Positions 39,400 to 49,153 are shown, counted from the stretch's first letter. The stretch is 64,000 nucleotides of DNA from Deltaproteobacteria bacterium TL4 (GCA_051382335.1 JBBCAX010000253.1:10552-74551), one strand, 5' to 3'. The notes: a model not told the origin generated them from the letters alone. Program-made: numbers and translations.

Positions 39400-40233
39400 T
39401 TAGGAATTGAGGCGCTTTGTCTCAAGTTCTCTTTTAGGGGGGGTATCAAAGAAGCTGGGATAATATTGTTGGATGATGTACTCAATCATCATCCTTTTGT
39501 GTTCTGCGTCAATCTCCAGATATAAGCGAAGAATCTCACTACCACAATCAACAAAGCGCTGCATCAGCATCTCTGAGCCTAAGGGACTTTGAGCAAACAT
39601 GGCGGTAATGTCCTCTTCATCCCAGACCATTTTTGTCTGGTTGAAGAGTTCCAGGAGTTCTGACCTGGACCCTACTTCTTTCGAGGGCTGTTTTCGGCTT
39701 CTCAATCCCACTTCAAAAAAATTCATTTGCTGTGCCTGCCTTTTTTCAGCAGACGGATGTCGCCGCAGTCCCAAAGGAGGGTTCCGGGTTTTTCCTCCAT
39801 TCAGACGTAAGGCTTTGACTCGAATATCCCGCATTTTTTTAAGATAATCCAGTTCATCAAAAATCAACACCTGCCGATAACCATTATGAAAGTAATCCTC
39901 GGATTCCCGTTCCGCTTTTACCTGACAGTAAAGACAGAGCGCCAGCAGATTTTCATCATTTTCATTCAGAGCGTTGCTATCAATATAATAAACTTTTAAC
40001 CTCGATCCTTTTCCCCTCGATAAATGGCCGACATTACAGATGGCGCACCTGTAGCGAAATTGGCTCAAAACCAAGTCTTCAAACGTTTTCATTCCCTGTC
40101 CTACTCCCTGTCTGACGTTTTGTTCGGAGGCCTTCTGAAAAACGTACATGAACCCACGTTTTTTATGTTTTCCTGACCGAATTACTTGAAGTAAACGGTC
40201 CCGATTATTAGCTAAAATACGAACAATATCCAC
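39400..40233 (-). CDS. Hypothetical protein with a degenerate HNH-like zinc-finger domain (start uncertain)
   Basis: YRCAIC...LKVYYIDSNALNENDENLLALCLYCQ. Confidence 0.55.
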   Translation of the reverse strand: MDIVRILANNRDRLLQVIRSGKHKKRGFMYVFQKASEQNVRQGVGQGMKTFEDLVLSQFRYRCAICNVGHLSRGKGSRLKVYYIDSNALNENDENLLALCLYCQVKAERESEDYFHNGYRQVLIFDELDYLKKMRDIRVKALRLNGGKTRNPPLGLRRHPSAEKRQAQQMNFFEVGLRSRKQPSKEVGSRSELLELFNQTKMVWDEEDITAMFAQSPLGSEMLMQRFVDCGSEILRLYLEIDAEHKRMMIEYIIQQYYPSFFDTPPKRELETKRLNS

Positions 40234-40323
40234 TAAAAAACGATAAAATTTTTCGAGCTGTGCAGGTGGTTTGAAAATTAATCACGAAAAACATGAAATA
40301 AATGATTTTTTAATAAATGAATT

Positions 40324-40664
40324 GGGGTTGGTCACATTTTCGGCCACAAATTGTAGGGGCGAACCTGTGTGTTCGCCCTGATCCCGGGCAGACACACAGG
40401 TCTGCCCCTACAGAACAAAACCCAACCTATAGATGTTCATTTAAATAAATTCAGAATGTATATTTCGGACGATCCCTTTAATCGACTCATTATTAGGAGT
40501 GTCAAAGCTTGCTTTGACCAGAAAAGCCAAAGCTTTTCTTTGAATTTTGCCAAAGCAAGTTTTGGTACTCCACATTGATTCCAATGAAATTATTTAAATG
40601 AACGTCTATAGGTGGTAAATCAAAGACCGTTTTTTCACACATGGCCGAAAATGTGACCAACCCC
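40324..40664. mobile_element. MITE with 23-bp perfect TIRs and 8-bp target duplication, containing a REP doublet and a nested MITE
   Basis: GGGGTTGGTCACATTTTCGGCCA ... TGGCCGAAAATGTGACCAACCCC; AATGAATT at 40316-40323 and 40665-40672. Internal GTAGGGGCGAACCTGTGTGTTCGCCC / GGGCAGACACACAGGTCTGCCCCTAC. Confidence 0.82.
40430..40608. mobile_element. 179-bp TA-flanked MITE, same family as 8390..8579 in the opposite orientation
   Basis: TAGATGTTCATTTAAATAAATTCA ... TTATTTAAATGAACGTCTA with TA duplication. An empty site is visible near 26520. Confidence 0.85.
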
Positions 40665-40761
40665 AATGAATTCCTCCGTAAAACCTTATTTTGCAGGTTT
40701 TCTTTCGTGTTTTTAGTGTTTTTCGTGGTTTTTCCACAAGATATGCTTTTCCAGTGATCGC

Positions 40762-41214
40762 CTAATACTTGAAACGATTGGGAGGAACAGGGTAGGTCCG
40801 GGCACAATTGGAGTCCCAATCATTTTCCGAGAGACAGGGATAGTGACCGTGCCAATTGCCGCAATAATACTCATTGCCAAGAGGCAAAGCGGTTTGTATG
40901 GGCATGACAAATTCCCGGCCTGAACTGAACTGTGCCAGAATCCCCTCAGAAATAATGGTGATTTTATTGACTCGGATTTGTCTATGTCCTTCGAGGATAC
41001 CCGCGTACTGAGGGGCATAGATTAACGTACATGTTTCTTGAACCTTAAGTGCTTCGTCTGTCGGATAATAGTAGGCCTTGGGACTTCCAGAAGTGCATCC
41101 TGAAACCAGAAAAAAAACAAGAAGAGCAGCAATAAATATTTGTTTTATGAAAACAATTTTTTGCAGAAGGATCCCCCAGAACGAGTGCGAACACAGCCAC
41201 TGATGGAACATCAA
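40762..41214 (-). CDS. Putative small lipoprotein (start uncertain)
   Basis: Hydrophobic stretch followed by a VSGC lipobox. Confidence 0.45.
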   Translation of the reverse strand: MMFHQWLCSHSFWGILLQKIVFIKQIFIAALLVFFLVSGCTSGSPKAYYYPTDEALKVQETCTLIYAPQYAGILEGHRQIRVNKITIISEGILAQFSSGREFVMPIQTALPLGNEYYCGNWHGHYPCLSENDWDSNCARTYPVPPNRFKY

Positions 41215-41540
41215 TCAATCCTGGAAGAAGTAAGAAAGGCGAGCAAAACTTTTTGAGATCTTTCCTCTTGGTCCACTATCGCAAAATGGCTTTCAGGTAT
41301 TAGCTTTTTTCAATAATGAGATTACTGGACTTTTTGACTAATACCTGAAACCTAACGGTTAATACCTATTTTGCAAAGGTGACTATTCATCCGACTTCGG
41401 AGAAAAGTAGTGTTTCACAAACAAAACGAAAAGGACCAGAAAACTGATCAAAAGGATGTACTCCAACCCTTTCATTTCAAAAATATTGACGTAAGTATAA
41501 CTTTCCAGCATGGTGTCACTCTAGGGCTTATTTGTGAATA

Positions 41541-42761
41541 TTAATCATGTGCTACTTCAAAAACCGGCATTCTGGTCACAATCCAACGAAATACCCAAAT
41601 CTCTATAAAAACAATCATAAAGGACACAACGATTTCCATCCACGTAGGGTAATACCGTGTAGAATACTGCCAATTGAAGGCAATAATGGAGGTATTCAGA
41701 CGATTGAGGATGATCCCGATCATGGTCATCCCAGCGGCTACACGAATGACACGAATGCTTCTGTATTTGACACCGTCCGCAAACAGAATGCAGGGAACCA
41801 GGACAAATCCGATCACTTCCAACAGATACCAAAAGCTCCAGAAACCAAATCCCGTAATCACTTCCAGTTGATGCTCATGAATGGCCACGATTCCTTTGAA
41901 CACAAAGTAGACAAACAAGGCGATCGAAGCTCCCTGGGCCAAGCCATAAATGATTTCATCAAAAGCGCGATGGTCTTCTTCACTCCCCGTATCTTTAAAG
42001 ATCTTATAACTGAGCGAGCCTTCAAAAATAACCATCGACAGTCCAGCAGGAATACTGGAAAGCAGAAAGAGGGTCGGAATAAATTCTGAATACCATAGTG
42101 GATGAATCTTTGACTTCGCCATCATGAACAAAGCGCCCAGTCCCGCTTGGTGTAACATTGAAAGCGTAATCCCAAAAATGACCGCTCCAACCGTCAAGCC
42201 CTTGAGTATTTTCTCTATTCGTTTCCATCCCAGCCATTCCGCGACAACAGGCGAAAATTCCAGAATTTGCGCGATGATGTAGAGGAGAAAGTGCCAAGAC
42301 ACCAAGAACAATACCGAGTTGAAGCCAAACGAATTTCCAATGATGGGATTGAAGATATTCCAAGGATTCCCCAACTCAAAGATCAAAGCCCCTGCATAAA
42401 AAACATAGGCCAGCAATCCGTTCAACACGGTCGCCCGGACAATGGGATGATACTTTTCGATCCCTAACACATAGACCACAAAAGTAAGGATATAGGCGCC
42501 AGCCGCAAAAGCCACCCCTGTCACTACATTAAGCCCCTTCCACACTCCCCATGGAAATTCCTGGGACAAATTCGTGACGGATCCCAGTCCTTGCGTAAAA
42601 CGAACCACAAGGATCCCCATCCCAAGGAGGATAACAGGAATGGAGATCACATTAAAGGGTGTCAACCACTTTCCTCGTGGTTTCATTTCCTTAAGAATAA
42701 ATTGTATCGTTCTTTTCATCTCACTTCCCTGACTTACTGGGACACCTGTTATTTCGCTCAT
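41541..42761 (-). CDS. NrfD/PsrC-family membrane subunit (HybB/HmcC-like)
   Basis: Motifs GLGSVTNLSQEFPWG, ELGNPW, LSMLHQAGLG, HPLWY and RLN..YYPTW.E. Confidence 0.9.
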   Translation of the reverse strand: MSEITGVPVSQGSEMKRTIQFILKEMKPRGKWLTPFNVISIPVILLGMGILVVRFTQGLGSVTNLSQEFPWGVWKGLNVVTGVAFAAGAYILTFVVYVLGIEKYHPIVRATVLNGLLAYVFYAGALIFELGNPWNIFNPIIGNSFGFNSVLFLVSWHFLLYIIAQILEFSPVVAEWLGWKRIEKILKGLTVGAVIFGITLSMLHQAGLGALFMMAKSKIHPLWYSEFIPTLFLLSSIPAGLSMVIFEGSLSYKIFKDTGSEEDHRAFDEIIYGLAQGASIALFVYFVFKGIVAIHEHQLEVITGFGFWSFWYLLEVIGFVLVPCILFADGVKYRSIRVIRVAAGMTMIGIILNRLNTSIIAFNWQYSTRYYPTWMEIVVSFMIVFIEIWVFRWIVTRMPVFEVAHD

Positions 42762-43621
42762 AATTTATCCCCTTCTTCTTCATGTTTTTTCTTTTGTCCA
42801 TCGGTTAAACGTTGAAGCCCGTAGAGCAGGGGCGGAACCATCAGAATGACACTGGGCACCGCATATAAAAATTCTTTGGTAAACTCTGGATAAGGCAGGG
42901 TCCCCAAATCTGTCCGAAATCCAAGCTGATCGAAAGGCACAGCGGCAAGGTAGAGCCACCCCGTTCCTCCAACCTCATATTCCCCATAAATGTGACGTAC
43001 ATACTTGGAGGGATGTCGGTAAATCTGAGTCCGAGCTGTTTCCAGCAGGTCTTTTTTCATTCCAAAGGTGAGGGCTCCGGTGGGACATACCTGAACACAT
43101 GCGGGTTTTTTCCCTTCTTCCAAACGTTCCCAGCACATGTTGCATTTCTGGATTTTGGGATTCCAGGTATTGTATTCGGCTTTGGGAATTTCAAAGGGGC
43201 AGGACACCATACAATAGCGGCACCCCATACACATACTTTTCCGCCAGATGATGGGACCTGCTTGGGTTTTATACATAGCGTTAGTGAGACATGCCGCCGT
43301 ACATGCCGGTTGCCAACAATGCATGCATTGCCGCTTCACAAAGACTTCCCCTTTGTCGGTCTTGTAACGATTCACCACCGTCCATTGGGTAGCACTGGTC
43401 TTTCTTTCTTTTTCCAAAGCTGAGTCGGTTTCTACATCCGGAACCGGAAGGTCATGGACTTGCGCACACGCCTGTTCACAGGACCGGCATCCAACACACC
43501 GGGTCGTATCGGTAAGAACGCCAACAAACTCTTGCTTGGGTGCCGCTTTGGCCTGGGCAGAATTTCCCAACAAAGCACCCCCCGTCGCCCCGAGAATCTT
43601 AAGAAAATTTCTTCGTCTCAT
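42758..43621 (-). CDS. Tat-exported multi-[4Fe-4S] protein (HybA/HmcB-like)
   Basis: MRRRNFLK twin-arginine signal; CVGCRSC, CMHC, CMGCRYC and CNMC cluster motifs; C-terminal TM. Confidence 0.92.
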   Translation of the reverse strand: MRRRNFLKILGATGGALLGNSAQAKAAPKQEFVGVLTDTTRCVGCRSCEQACAQVHDLPVPDVETDSALEKERKTSATQWTVVNRYKTDKGEVFVKRQCMHCWQPACTAACLTNAMYKTQAGPIIWRKSMCMGCRYCMVSCPFEIPKAEYNTWNPKIQKCNMCWERLEEGKKPACVQVCPTGALTFGMKKDLLETARTQIYRHPSKYVRHIYGEYEVGGTGWLYLAAVPFDQLGFRTDLGTLPYPEFTKEFLYAVPSVILMVPPLLYGLQRLTDGQKKKHEEEGDKL

Positions 43622-43663
43622 ATTTTTCCTCCTTTGCCATCAAATAAAATAGAAACCATCGAT

Positions 43664-44137
43664 TCAAAATTCAGCCTTAGGACCGGTGTGACATTCCTTG
43701 CACATTTCACTCGCTTTTGGTCCGGTTTCAATTTCATGGCACTCCCAACAGCTCTTGTGAACAACAACTTTGGGACTAAAGGCCTCATCGGCAAGCGCGG
43801 CCGGTTGTTGACGATGACATTCGGAACAGGACTGAGCCTCTTTTGCGTCCTGGGATTCATGATGGCAAGTCTTGCAATCAACCCAGAAATCCTCAAAATA
43901 GTATTTATGCTTGAATTCCAAGACACGGGCATTCGTCTCGTGATGACATTCTTCACACTTGATCTCCTGTTCTTCAATATGCGCTTTATGATTGAAAACC
44001 ACCTCACCCATCACAGACGGTGATTTAATGAGGTCTGGCACCTCCACCTCTTCTGTGTCCGCATCTTCAGCAAACACGGTGATCGCCACAGTCAAGCAGA
44101 GTAATAAATGGCAAAGAAACCCTAATTGTTTTTTCAT
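43664..44137 (-). CDS. Periplasmic multiheme cytochrome c (c3-like) with five CxxCH motifs
   Basis: Signal peptide; VVFNHKAH; CEECH, CKTCH, CSECH, CWECH and CKECH. Confidence 0.9.
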   Translation of the reverse strand: MKKQLGFLCHLLLCLTVAITVFAEDADTEEVEVPDLIKSPSVMGEVVFNHKAHIEEQEIKCEECHHETNARVLEFKHKYYFEDFWVDCKTCHHESQDAKEAQSCSECHRQQPAALADEAFSPKVVVHKSCWECHEIETGPKASEMCKECHTGPKAEF

Positions 44138-44166
44138 TTAACCCTCCATTCATTCACGTGATAATC

Positions 44167-45315
44167 TTATTTTTGAATATTGACAGGACGCAGAAATAAC
44201 CGGCAAAAAGTATTCCAGGCTTCATCACTCATCGCAACTGAAGCCTCATCTTGGGCGACTGTTGCTCGTAACTTGGCAACTTCCTTGTAACGCTCGATCT
44301 CTTCCTGATACCAGGCGATCGCCGCGGAGCCAATGCGTAATGACTGGAATTCTTCCGGGAGTTTGCTGGGTTCAATACTACAGAACCAGCCCAGCTCGTA
44401 AGGTTTCATTTGAACGTATTCCAAATGCTCTAACAATTCCTGATTGACCGCGGCCACCTGCCCACTGATGGGGGAAACAATCCCCACGGAATGACCTTGT
44501 TGATGGATTGTGAATAAGAGATCCCCTTTCTGAAGGGCCTTCCCCACTTCTGGCAAGTCCACATTATCCAACAGCCCCATATTTTTCTGGACAAAATCAT
44601 CAATCCCCACTCGAACCATGCCATTCATTTCCAGGTTGATCCATGTGTGTTTTGAAGACACAAAAACACCCGCAGGAATATTGAATTCATACCGTTCCTT
44701 GGAGGCTTTGACAGAAGACGTGACCAGCCGAACCGCAGGACGTATGTGTTTTTCAATCCGATCCTGCCTTCGAATAAGCGATTTGTTGACAAAATCCACC
44801 AGTTCGTCTTCAGTGAACGGTTTCTGAACATAATCCATCGCACCGTGTTTCATCGTATCGACGGCTGATTCTACGGAAGCGTATCCGGTGATCATGATCA
44901 CATCAATATCGGGACGCAGATACTTCACCGCTTTAGTGACCTCCAAACCGTTCACTTCTGGCATCTTCAGGTCTGTAAACACGAAGTCATAATTGTTCTT
45001 TTGAATTAATCCCAGTGCCTCTTTTCCGTTCTCAACGGTATCCACCGAATAACCGGCAAGAACCAATATTTTGCGAAAACTGTCCAGGACGATGGCTTCA
45101 TCATCAACCGCCAATATCCAGGCCTTGGGATTGCTAACTTCTACGTGTTTCAAACTTTTAGCATCGTCGGTGTAGTCGAGTTTCAGGTCGACCTTTAAAG
45201 CATTCTCTCTTTCTTTGTGAGCATTGGCCTCCTGAATTTTGCGAATAGCCATCCGGATTAAAATATCCAGTGCGACAAATGAGACAATGGTGAGAATAAC
45301 AACAATAATAACCAT
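44167..45315 (-). CDS. Membrane-anchored response regulator fused to a GcvH-like domain
   Basis: N-terminal TM; receiver (VDDE, TDLKMP, MITG, QKPF); HTW...RVGIDDF...SPISGQVAAVN...PY..GW. Confidence 0.85.
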   Translation of the reverse strand: MVIIVVILTIVSFVALDILIRMAIRKIQEANAHKERENALKVDLKLDYTDDAKSLKHVEVSNPKAWILAVDDEAIVLDSFRKILVLAGYSVDTVENGKEALGLIQKNNYDFVFTDLKMPEVNGLEVTKAVKYLRPDIDVIMITGYASVESAVDTMKHGAMDYVQKPFTEDELVDFVNKSLIRRQDRIEKHIRPAVRLVTSSVKASKERYEFNIPAGVFVSSKHTWINLEMNGMVRVGIDDFVQKNMGLLDNVDLPEVGKALQKGDLLFTIHQQGHSVGIVSPISGQVAAVNQELLEHLEYVQMKPYELGWFCSIEPSKLPEEFQSLRIGSAAIAWYQEEIERYKEVAKLRATVAQDEASVAMSDEAWNTFCRLFLRPVNIQK

Positions 45316-45339
45316 AATAACCTCGTTATGCTTGATTTC

Positions 45340-46860
45340 TTAAGTGACGTTCCCCTCTTTAATAAGAGAGTTCGTTTGTTTACTAAGAGGAAAGTGAAGG
45401 GTAAACGTCGTGCCTTCGCCCACAGTACTTTCCACGTCAATGTGTCCTTTATGCTTTTCCACAATGCCCCATACCATGGCTAATCCCAACCCCGTTCCCC
45501 GTTGCCCTTTCGTGGTATAAAAAGGCTCAAAAATTTTTGTCATACCCTCTGGCGAAATACCACAGCCTGAATCCGTAACTCGAACGGCGACAAAATCTTG
45601 GTCCTTACTTCGGCCAGAGGATGTCGTTACGGTGATCTCGCCCCCAGCTTCACCAAGGGCATCCGCAGCATTCACAAAAAGATTGATGAACACCTGGAAC
45701 AATTGATTTTCGTCAGCCCATACCAGCGGCAGATCTTGGGACAGATGCTTGACGATAACCACATTACTTTTCAATTGGTTACTGATAATATCAATCGTCT
45801 TCTGCAAGACCTCATTGATCGGCACCTGTTTTTTCTCTGAAGGGACCGGACGGGCGAAATCCAGCAATTCTTTGACAATCTGCCGACACCGTTTGGTTTC
45901 CCTGACAATCACCTCAAGATCGGCCTTATCTTCGTCCTTGTCAATTCGTTTGAGCAGATAGCTACTATACGTCAACACTCCGGTCAGCGGGTTATTCAAT
46001 TCGTGGGCAACCCCTGCGGCAAGACGACCAATTGATGCCAATTTATCGGATTGGTAGAGTTGTCGTTGCGCATCAGAAAGCTTCTCGGTCATGTCATTGA
46101 ACGATTTAGCCAGATTTCCAAGCTCATCATGTGAGTCAATTTCAATTTTGTGATTCAAGTCTCCAGCAGCCACCTCATTAATGGCTCGCACCAGCCTAGT
46201 CACTGGTGTCCCCACCAGACGTTGCACAAAAAAGAACAATAAGAGGCTCACAATCGCAATGGTCCCACTCCCGAAAATCAACGTTTTGATCTGACTCGCG
46301 CGAATTTGAGCATCCACTTCCGTCAAGGACATGGTAATATCCAGAATTCCCAGTACCTTTTGAGCTTCCGCATGGGCATGACAATCCGCCTGCCAACAGC
46401 CAGGTTCATTATAGATGGGGTTGATCATCCCCATCTTTCTATCTTTATCCGGAGTCACGAAAATCCGTGTTCTCTCAGGAATTGACAAGCGTACCAACGG
46501 TTGATCCGCAACGTGACATGCATAACAGGCTTCAGCGTTCATATCCACCAGAGTGTTCATCACAGATTTGTCCGAAGAGAAAATAATCTCTCCCTCTTTA
46601 TTAATGATCCGAACTTTTTCAATTCCGCTTTGACTCCCAATGGTGTCTATCGTCTGATGCACCCGTTCCCTGTCTTTTACCATCATGTCATGCTTCATAC
46701 TACTCTTGATGGTTTCACTGAGTTGGTGTGTACTTAATTCCACCTGGGCAATCAACTCCTCTTGCTGAGCGCTGATGACAGCATAGGAAAAAATACCGAT
46801 GGTCAGCATTATTACACAGCCCACTGCAAAAATAAGTTTAAAGCTAATTTTACTTCTCAT
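45340..46860 (-). CDS. NtrB-type sensor histidine kinase with a periplasmic heme-c sensor and HAMP domain
   Basis: Two TMs; periplasmic CYACH and CWQADCH; HAMP; AHELNNP H-box; N, G1, F and G2 boxes. Confidence 0.92.
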   Translation of the reverse strand: MRSKISFKLIFAVGCVIMLTIGIFSYAVISAQQEELIAQVELSTHQLSETIKSSMKHDMMVKDRERVHQTIDTIGSQSGIEKVRIINKEGEIIFSSDKSVMNTLVDMNAEACYACHVADQPLVRLSIPERTRIFVTPDKDRKMGMINPIYNEPGCWQADCHAHAEAQKVLGILDITMSLTEVDAQIRASQIKTLIFGSGTIAIVSLLLFFFVQRLVGTPVTRLVRAINEVAAGDLNHKIEIDSHDELGNLAKSFNDMTEKLSDAQRQLYQSDKLASIGRLAAGVAHELNNPLTGVLTYSSYLLKRIDKDEDKADLEVIVRETKRCRQIVKELLDFARPVPSEKKQVPINEVLQKTIDIISNQLKSNVVIVKHLSQDLPLVWADENQLFQVFINLFVNAADALGEAGGEITVTTSSGRSKDQDFVAVRVTDSGCGISPEGMTKIFEPFYTTKGQRGTGLGLAMVWGIVEKHKGHIDVESTVGEGTTFTLHFPLSKQTNSLIKEGNVT

Positions 46861-47349
46861 GTTCAACCATCCATAAAATGTCTTGGATACACTCTCAATT
46901 TAAGACCTAAGTTCCTTATGCAACTTTCTGAAGGTGAAATCAATCCATAATTTGATTAATTTTAACAATAAATTCGAATTCAGGACTTAGTGCCCTTTCC
47001 TGCAAACAAAGCCTGCAATGGATAAGAAACCACAACCGTCTAACCAATACTTTCTGCAGTTCGGACAATTACTCACAAAGGTTGAGCTGGATCCTCAGCA
47101 AAACTCACCAAATTAAAGGTAATCGTTCAAGTTCGGTTTAAGGCGATTCGTCGCAGTTTAATCAATAAGATCAAAGAGAAGGATACAAAATATACGCCAA
47201 AAATGGATATCACTAGAAAATTGTCAATAATTTGAACTTATGTTTTACACGAAAAATATGCTATAACTAACTCAGCGACGGAATGTATGCTTCAGCCGCT
47301 TTTTTCACTTGTAATAATTTTACACTCTCCTTCGACACAAACGTAAAAT

Positions 47350-48288
47350 ATGCCTTTAAAAACAGTTAATTTAAAACTAGGACTCATCCTGTCCATTCTT
47401 ATTTTGGGTGGGTGCATCAATGTCAAAGATAGTGAGCTTGAAAAAAGTTCTCCTGGCAATGATACCAGCAGTGATGTAGTGAGTCATAAAGACGCAAGCC
47501 TTGAGGCGTCCTCCGATGCTTCTGCAGACGATGTTAATAAGAAACCCTCTGACAAAAGCCTCCGCATACTCATCGCAATCAGTAACTCGATGGTCAAACT
47601 TTCGGGGGGAACGTTCATGAGGGGATACATTCAGGGTGCTGGCTATAGTAATGAATCCCCGATCCATCAAGTCACATTGAGTCAGGATTTTTATATTTCA
47701 GATCACGAAGTCACGGCAAATGAGTACAAAGCGTGTACGGAGGCAGGAGGTTGTACCTATAATGGAATAACCACAGGATCGAATGTGACCTACAACATCC
47801 CAGGAAAGGAAAACCATCCGATTAATTACGTCAGTTGGAATGATGCCCAAGATTATGTCAGTTGGTTGAATCAAAATTATCCGCGGAGTTTTCGACTTTG
47901 CACAGAGGCAGAGTGGGAATATGCGACAATCGCGGGCACCACTACCAAATGGTCGTGTGGCAATCATGAATCTTGTTTGAATGATGTGGCATGGTATCAT
48001 GACAATAATACGCACAATGGGACTAAGAAAGTAAAAACCAAAAAGCCAAATCCCTGGAAACTTTATGATATGTACGGGAATGTCTGGGAGTGGGTACAGG
48101 ACTGGTACGAAAATTATGCCAGTGGCGCGGTTACAGATCCGACGGGACCGGCTTCCGCCTCGCGTCGCGTTAGTCGTGGCGGCGCCTTTTCCAATTCCTC
48201 CAGCGACGTGCGTTCTACGGGTCGCCGCGGCAACTCGCCTGACCTCCGTAGTTCCAGCATTGGAATTCGGATCTGCAGCTCCAGGTAA
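47350..48288 (+). CDS. FGE-sulfatase (SUMF1/CLec-fold) lipoprotein
   Basis: LGGC lipobox; F.RG, HEVT, P..YVSWNDA, RLCTEAEWEYA, LYDMYGNVWEW and RGG motifs. Confidence 0.9.
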   Translation: MPLKTVNLKLGLILSILILGGCINVKDSELEKSSPGNDTSSDVVSHKDASLEASSDASADDVNKKPSDKSLRILIAISNSMVKLSGGTFMRGYIQGAGYSNESPIHQVTLSQDFYISDHEVTANEYKACTEAGGCTYNGITTGSNVTYNIPGKENHPINYVSWNDAQDYVSWLNQNYPRSFRLCTEAEWEYATIAGTTTKWSCGNHESCLNDVAWYHDNNTHNGTKKVKTKKPNPWKLYDMYGNVWEWVQDWYENYASGAVTDPTGPASASRRVSRGGAFSNSSSDVRSTGRRGNSPDLRSSSIGIRICSSR

Positions 48289-48502
48289 ACCTCCACAGCG
48301 TTTCCTCCTTGAGTCGACGCAAATGATTGTTCCATTGAGTCTGACGATGGAACAACCTCCCCGCTAATAATCAATGCTCTTATTTTCGATTCAATGCTGA
48401 AAATTTAATACAAAAAGACAGAACTGGAGATTTTTATTGTGATCTACTCGTAAATGGGGCAAATTGCCCCAAACCAACCCCCTGCGGTACAGGTTACCGT
48501 AA

Positions 48503-49153
48503 ATGGTTCAGGACATGGACACTATGGAAGGAGATAGTATGGAGGAAGTATTTTCTACTGATATTGGAACGTGGACATCCAGTGCGGGAGCCGCGTTTGT
48601 ATTAATTTTTCTTGCAGAACTAGGAGATAAAACACAACTGGTCTGCATGACGCTTGCCGCACGATACCGTGGGAGGCCGGTCTTGATCGGCGCTATTGCG
48701 GCATTTGTGGTTTTGAACACACTCGGCGTGCTTTTTGGCGCATCGCTGGCGGCATGGATTCCACGCTTGTATATTGACATAGCGGTTGCCCTGCTTTTCG
48801 GCGTCTTTGGTGTTCAGGCTTTGTCTATCAAGGAGGATGAGGACGAGAGCGATGAGGTCACAGAAACTCGAGGGAAAGCCCTCTGGTTAACCGCGTTTCT
48901 GATGATTTTTCTTGCGGAATTGGGAGATAAAACGCAGATTGCCGTCGTTGGACTTGCCGGCACCGCCCCTCCGATTCCGGTCTGGGTTGGCGCCACGCTC
49001 GCCTTGAGCGCCTCCTCCGCACTTGGAGTACTGGCAGGCAGAACCGTATTGCAACGTATCCCTGTTGTTCTTCTTCACCGGGTCAGCGGCGCTTTCTTTC
49101 TTCTTCTGACGGCCTTTGTGGTTGCTAGAATTGTCATGAATTTGCAAGCCTGA
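48503..49153 (+). CDS. TMEM165/GDT1 (UPF0016) cation transporter
   Basis: Two ELGDKTQ motifs. Confidence 0.92.
   Translation: MVQDMDTMEGDSMEEVFSTDIGTWTSSAGAAFVLIFLAELGDKTQLVCMTLAARYRGRPVLIGAIAAFVVLNTLGVLFGASLAAWIPRLYIDIAVALLFGVFGVQALSIKEDEDESDEVTETRGKALWLTAFLMIFLAELGDKTQIAVVGLAGTAPPIPVWVGATLALSASSALGVLAGRTVLQRIPVVLLHRVSGAFFLLLTAFVVARIVMNLQA

Noticed and set aside
41271..41383. Possible MITE with inner TTTCAGGTATTAG/CTAATACCTGAAA inverted repeat
   Set aside because: The outer repeats are degenerate, there is no target duplication and no second copy in the window.
43454..44023. Overlapping ORFs 43454..44023 (+) and 43618..44007 (-), and similar short antisense ORFs throughout
   Set aside because: Shadow frames of well-supported genes, with no motifs or RBS support.
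48380..48502. yybP-ykoY manganese riboswitch upstream of the TMEM165 gene
   Set aside because: Only a short palindrome (GGGGCAAATTGCCCC) is visible; the conserved riboswitch core was not found.
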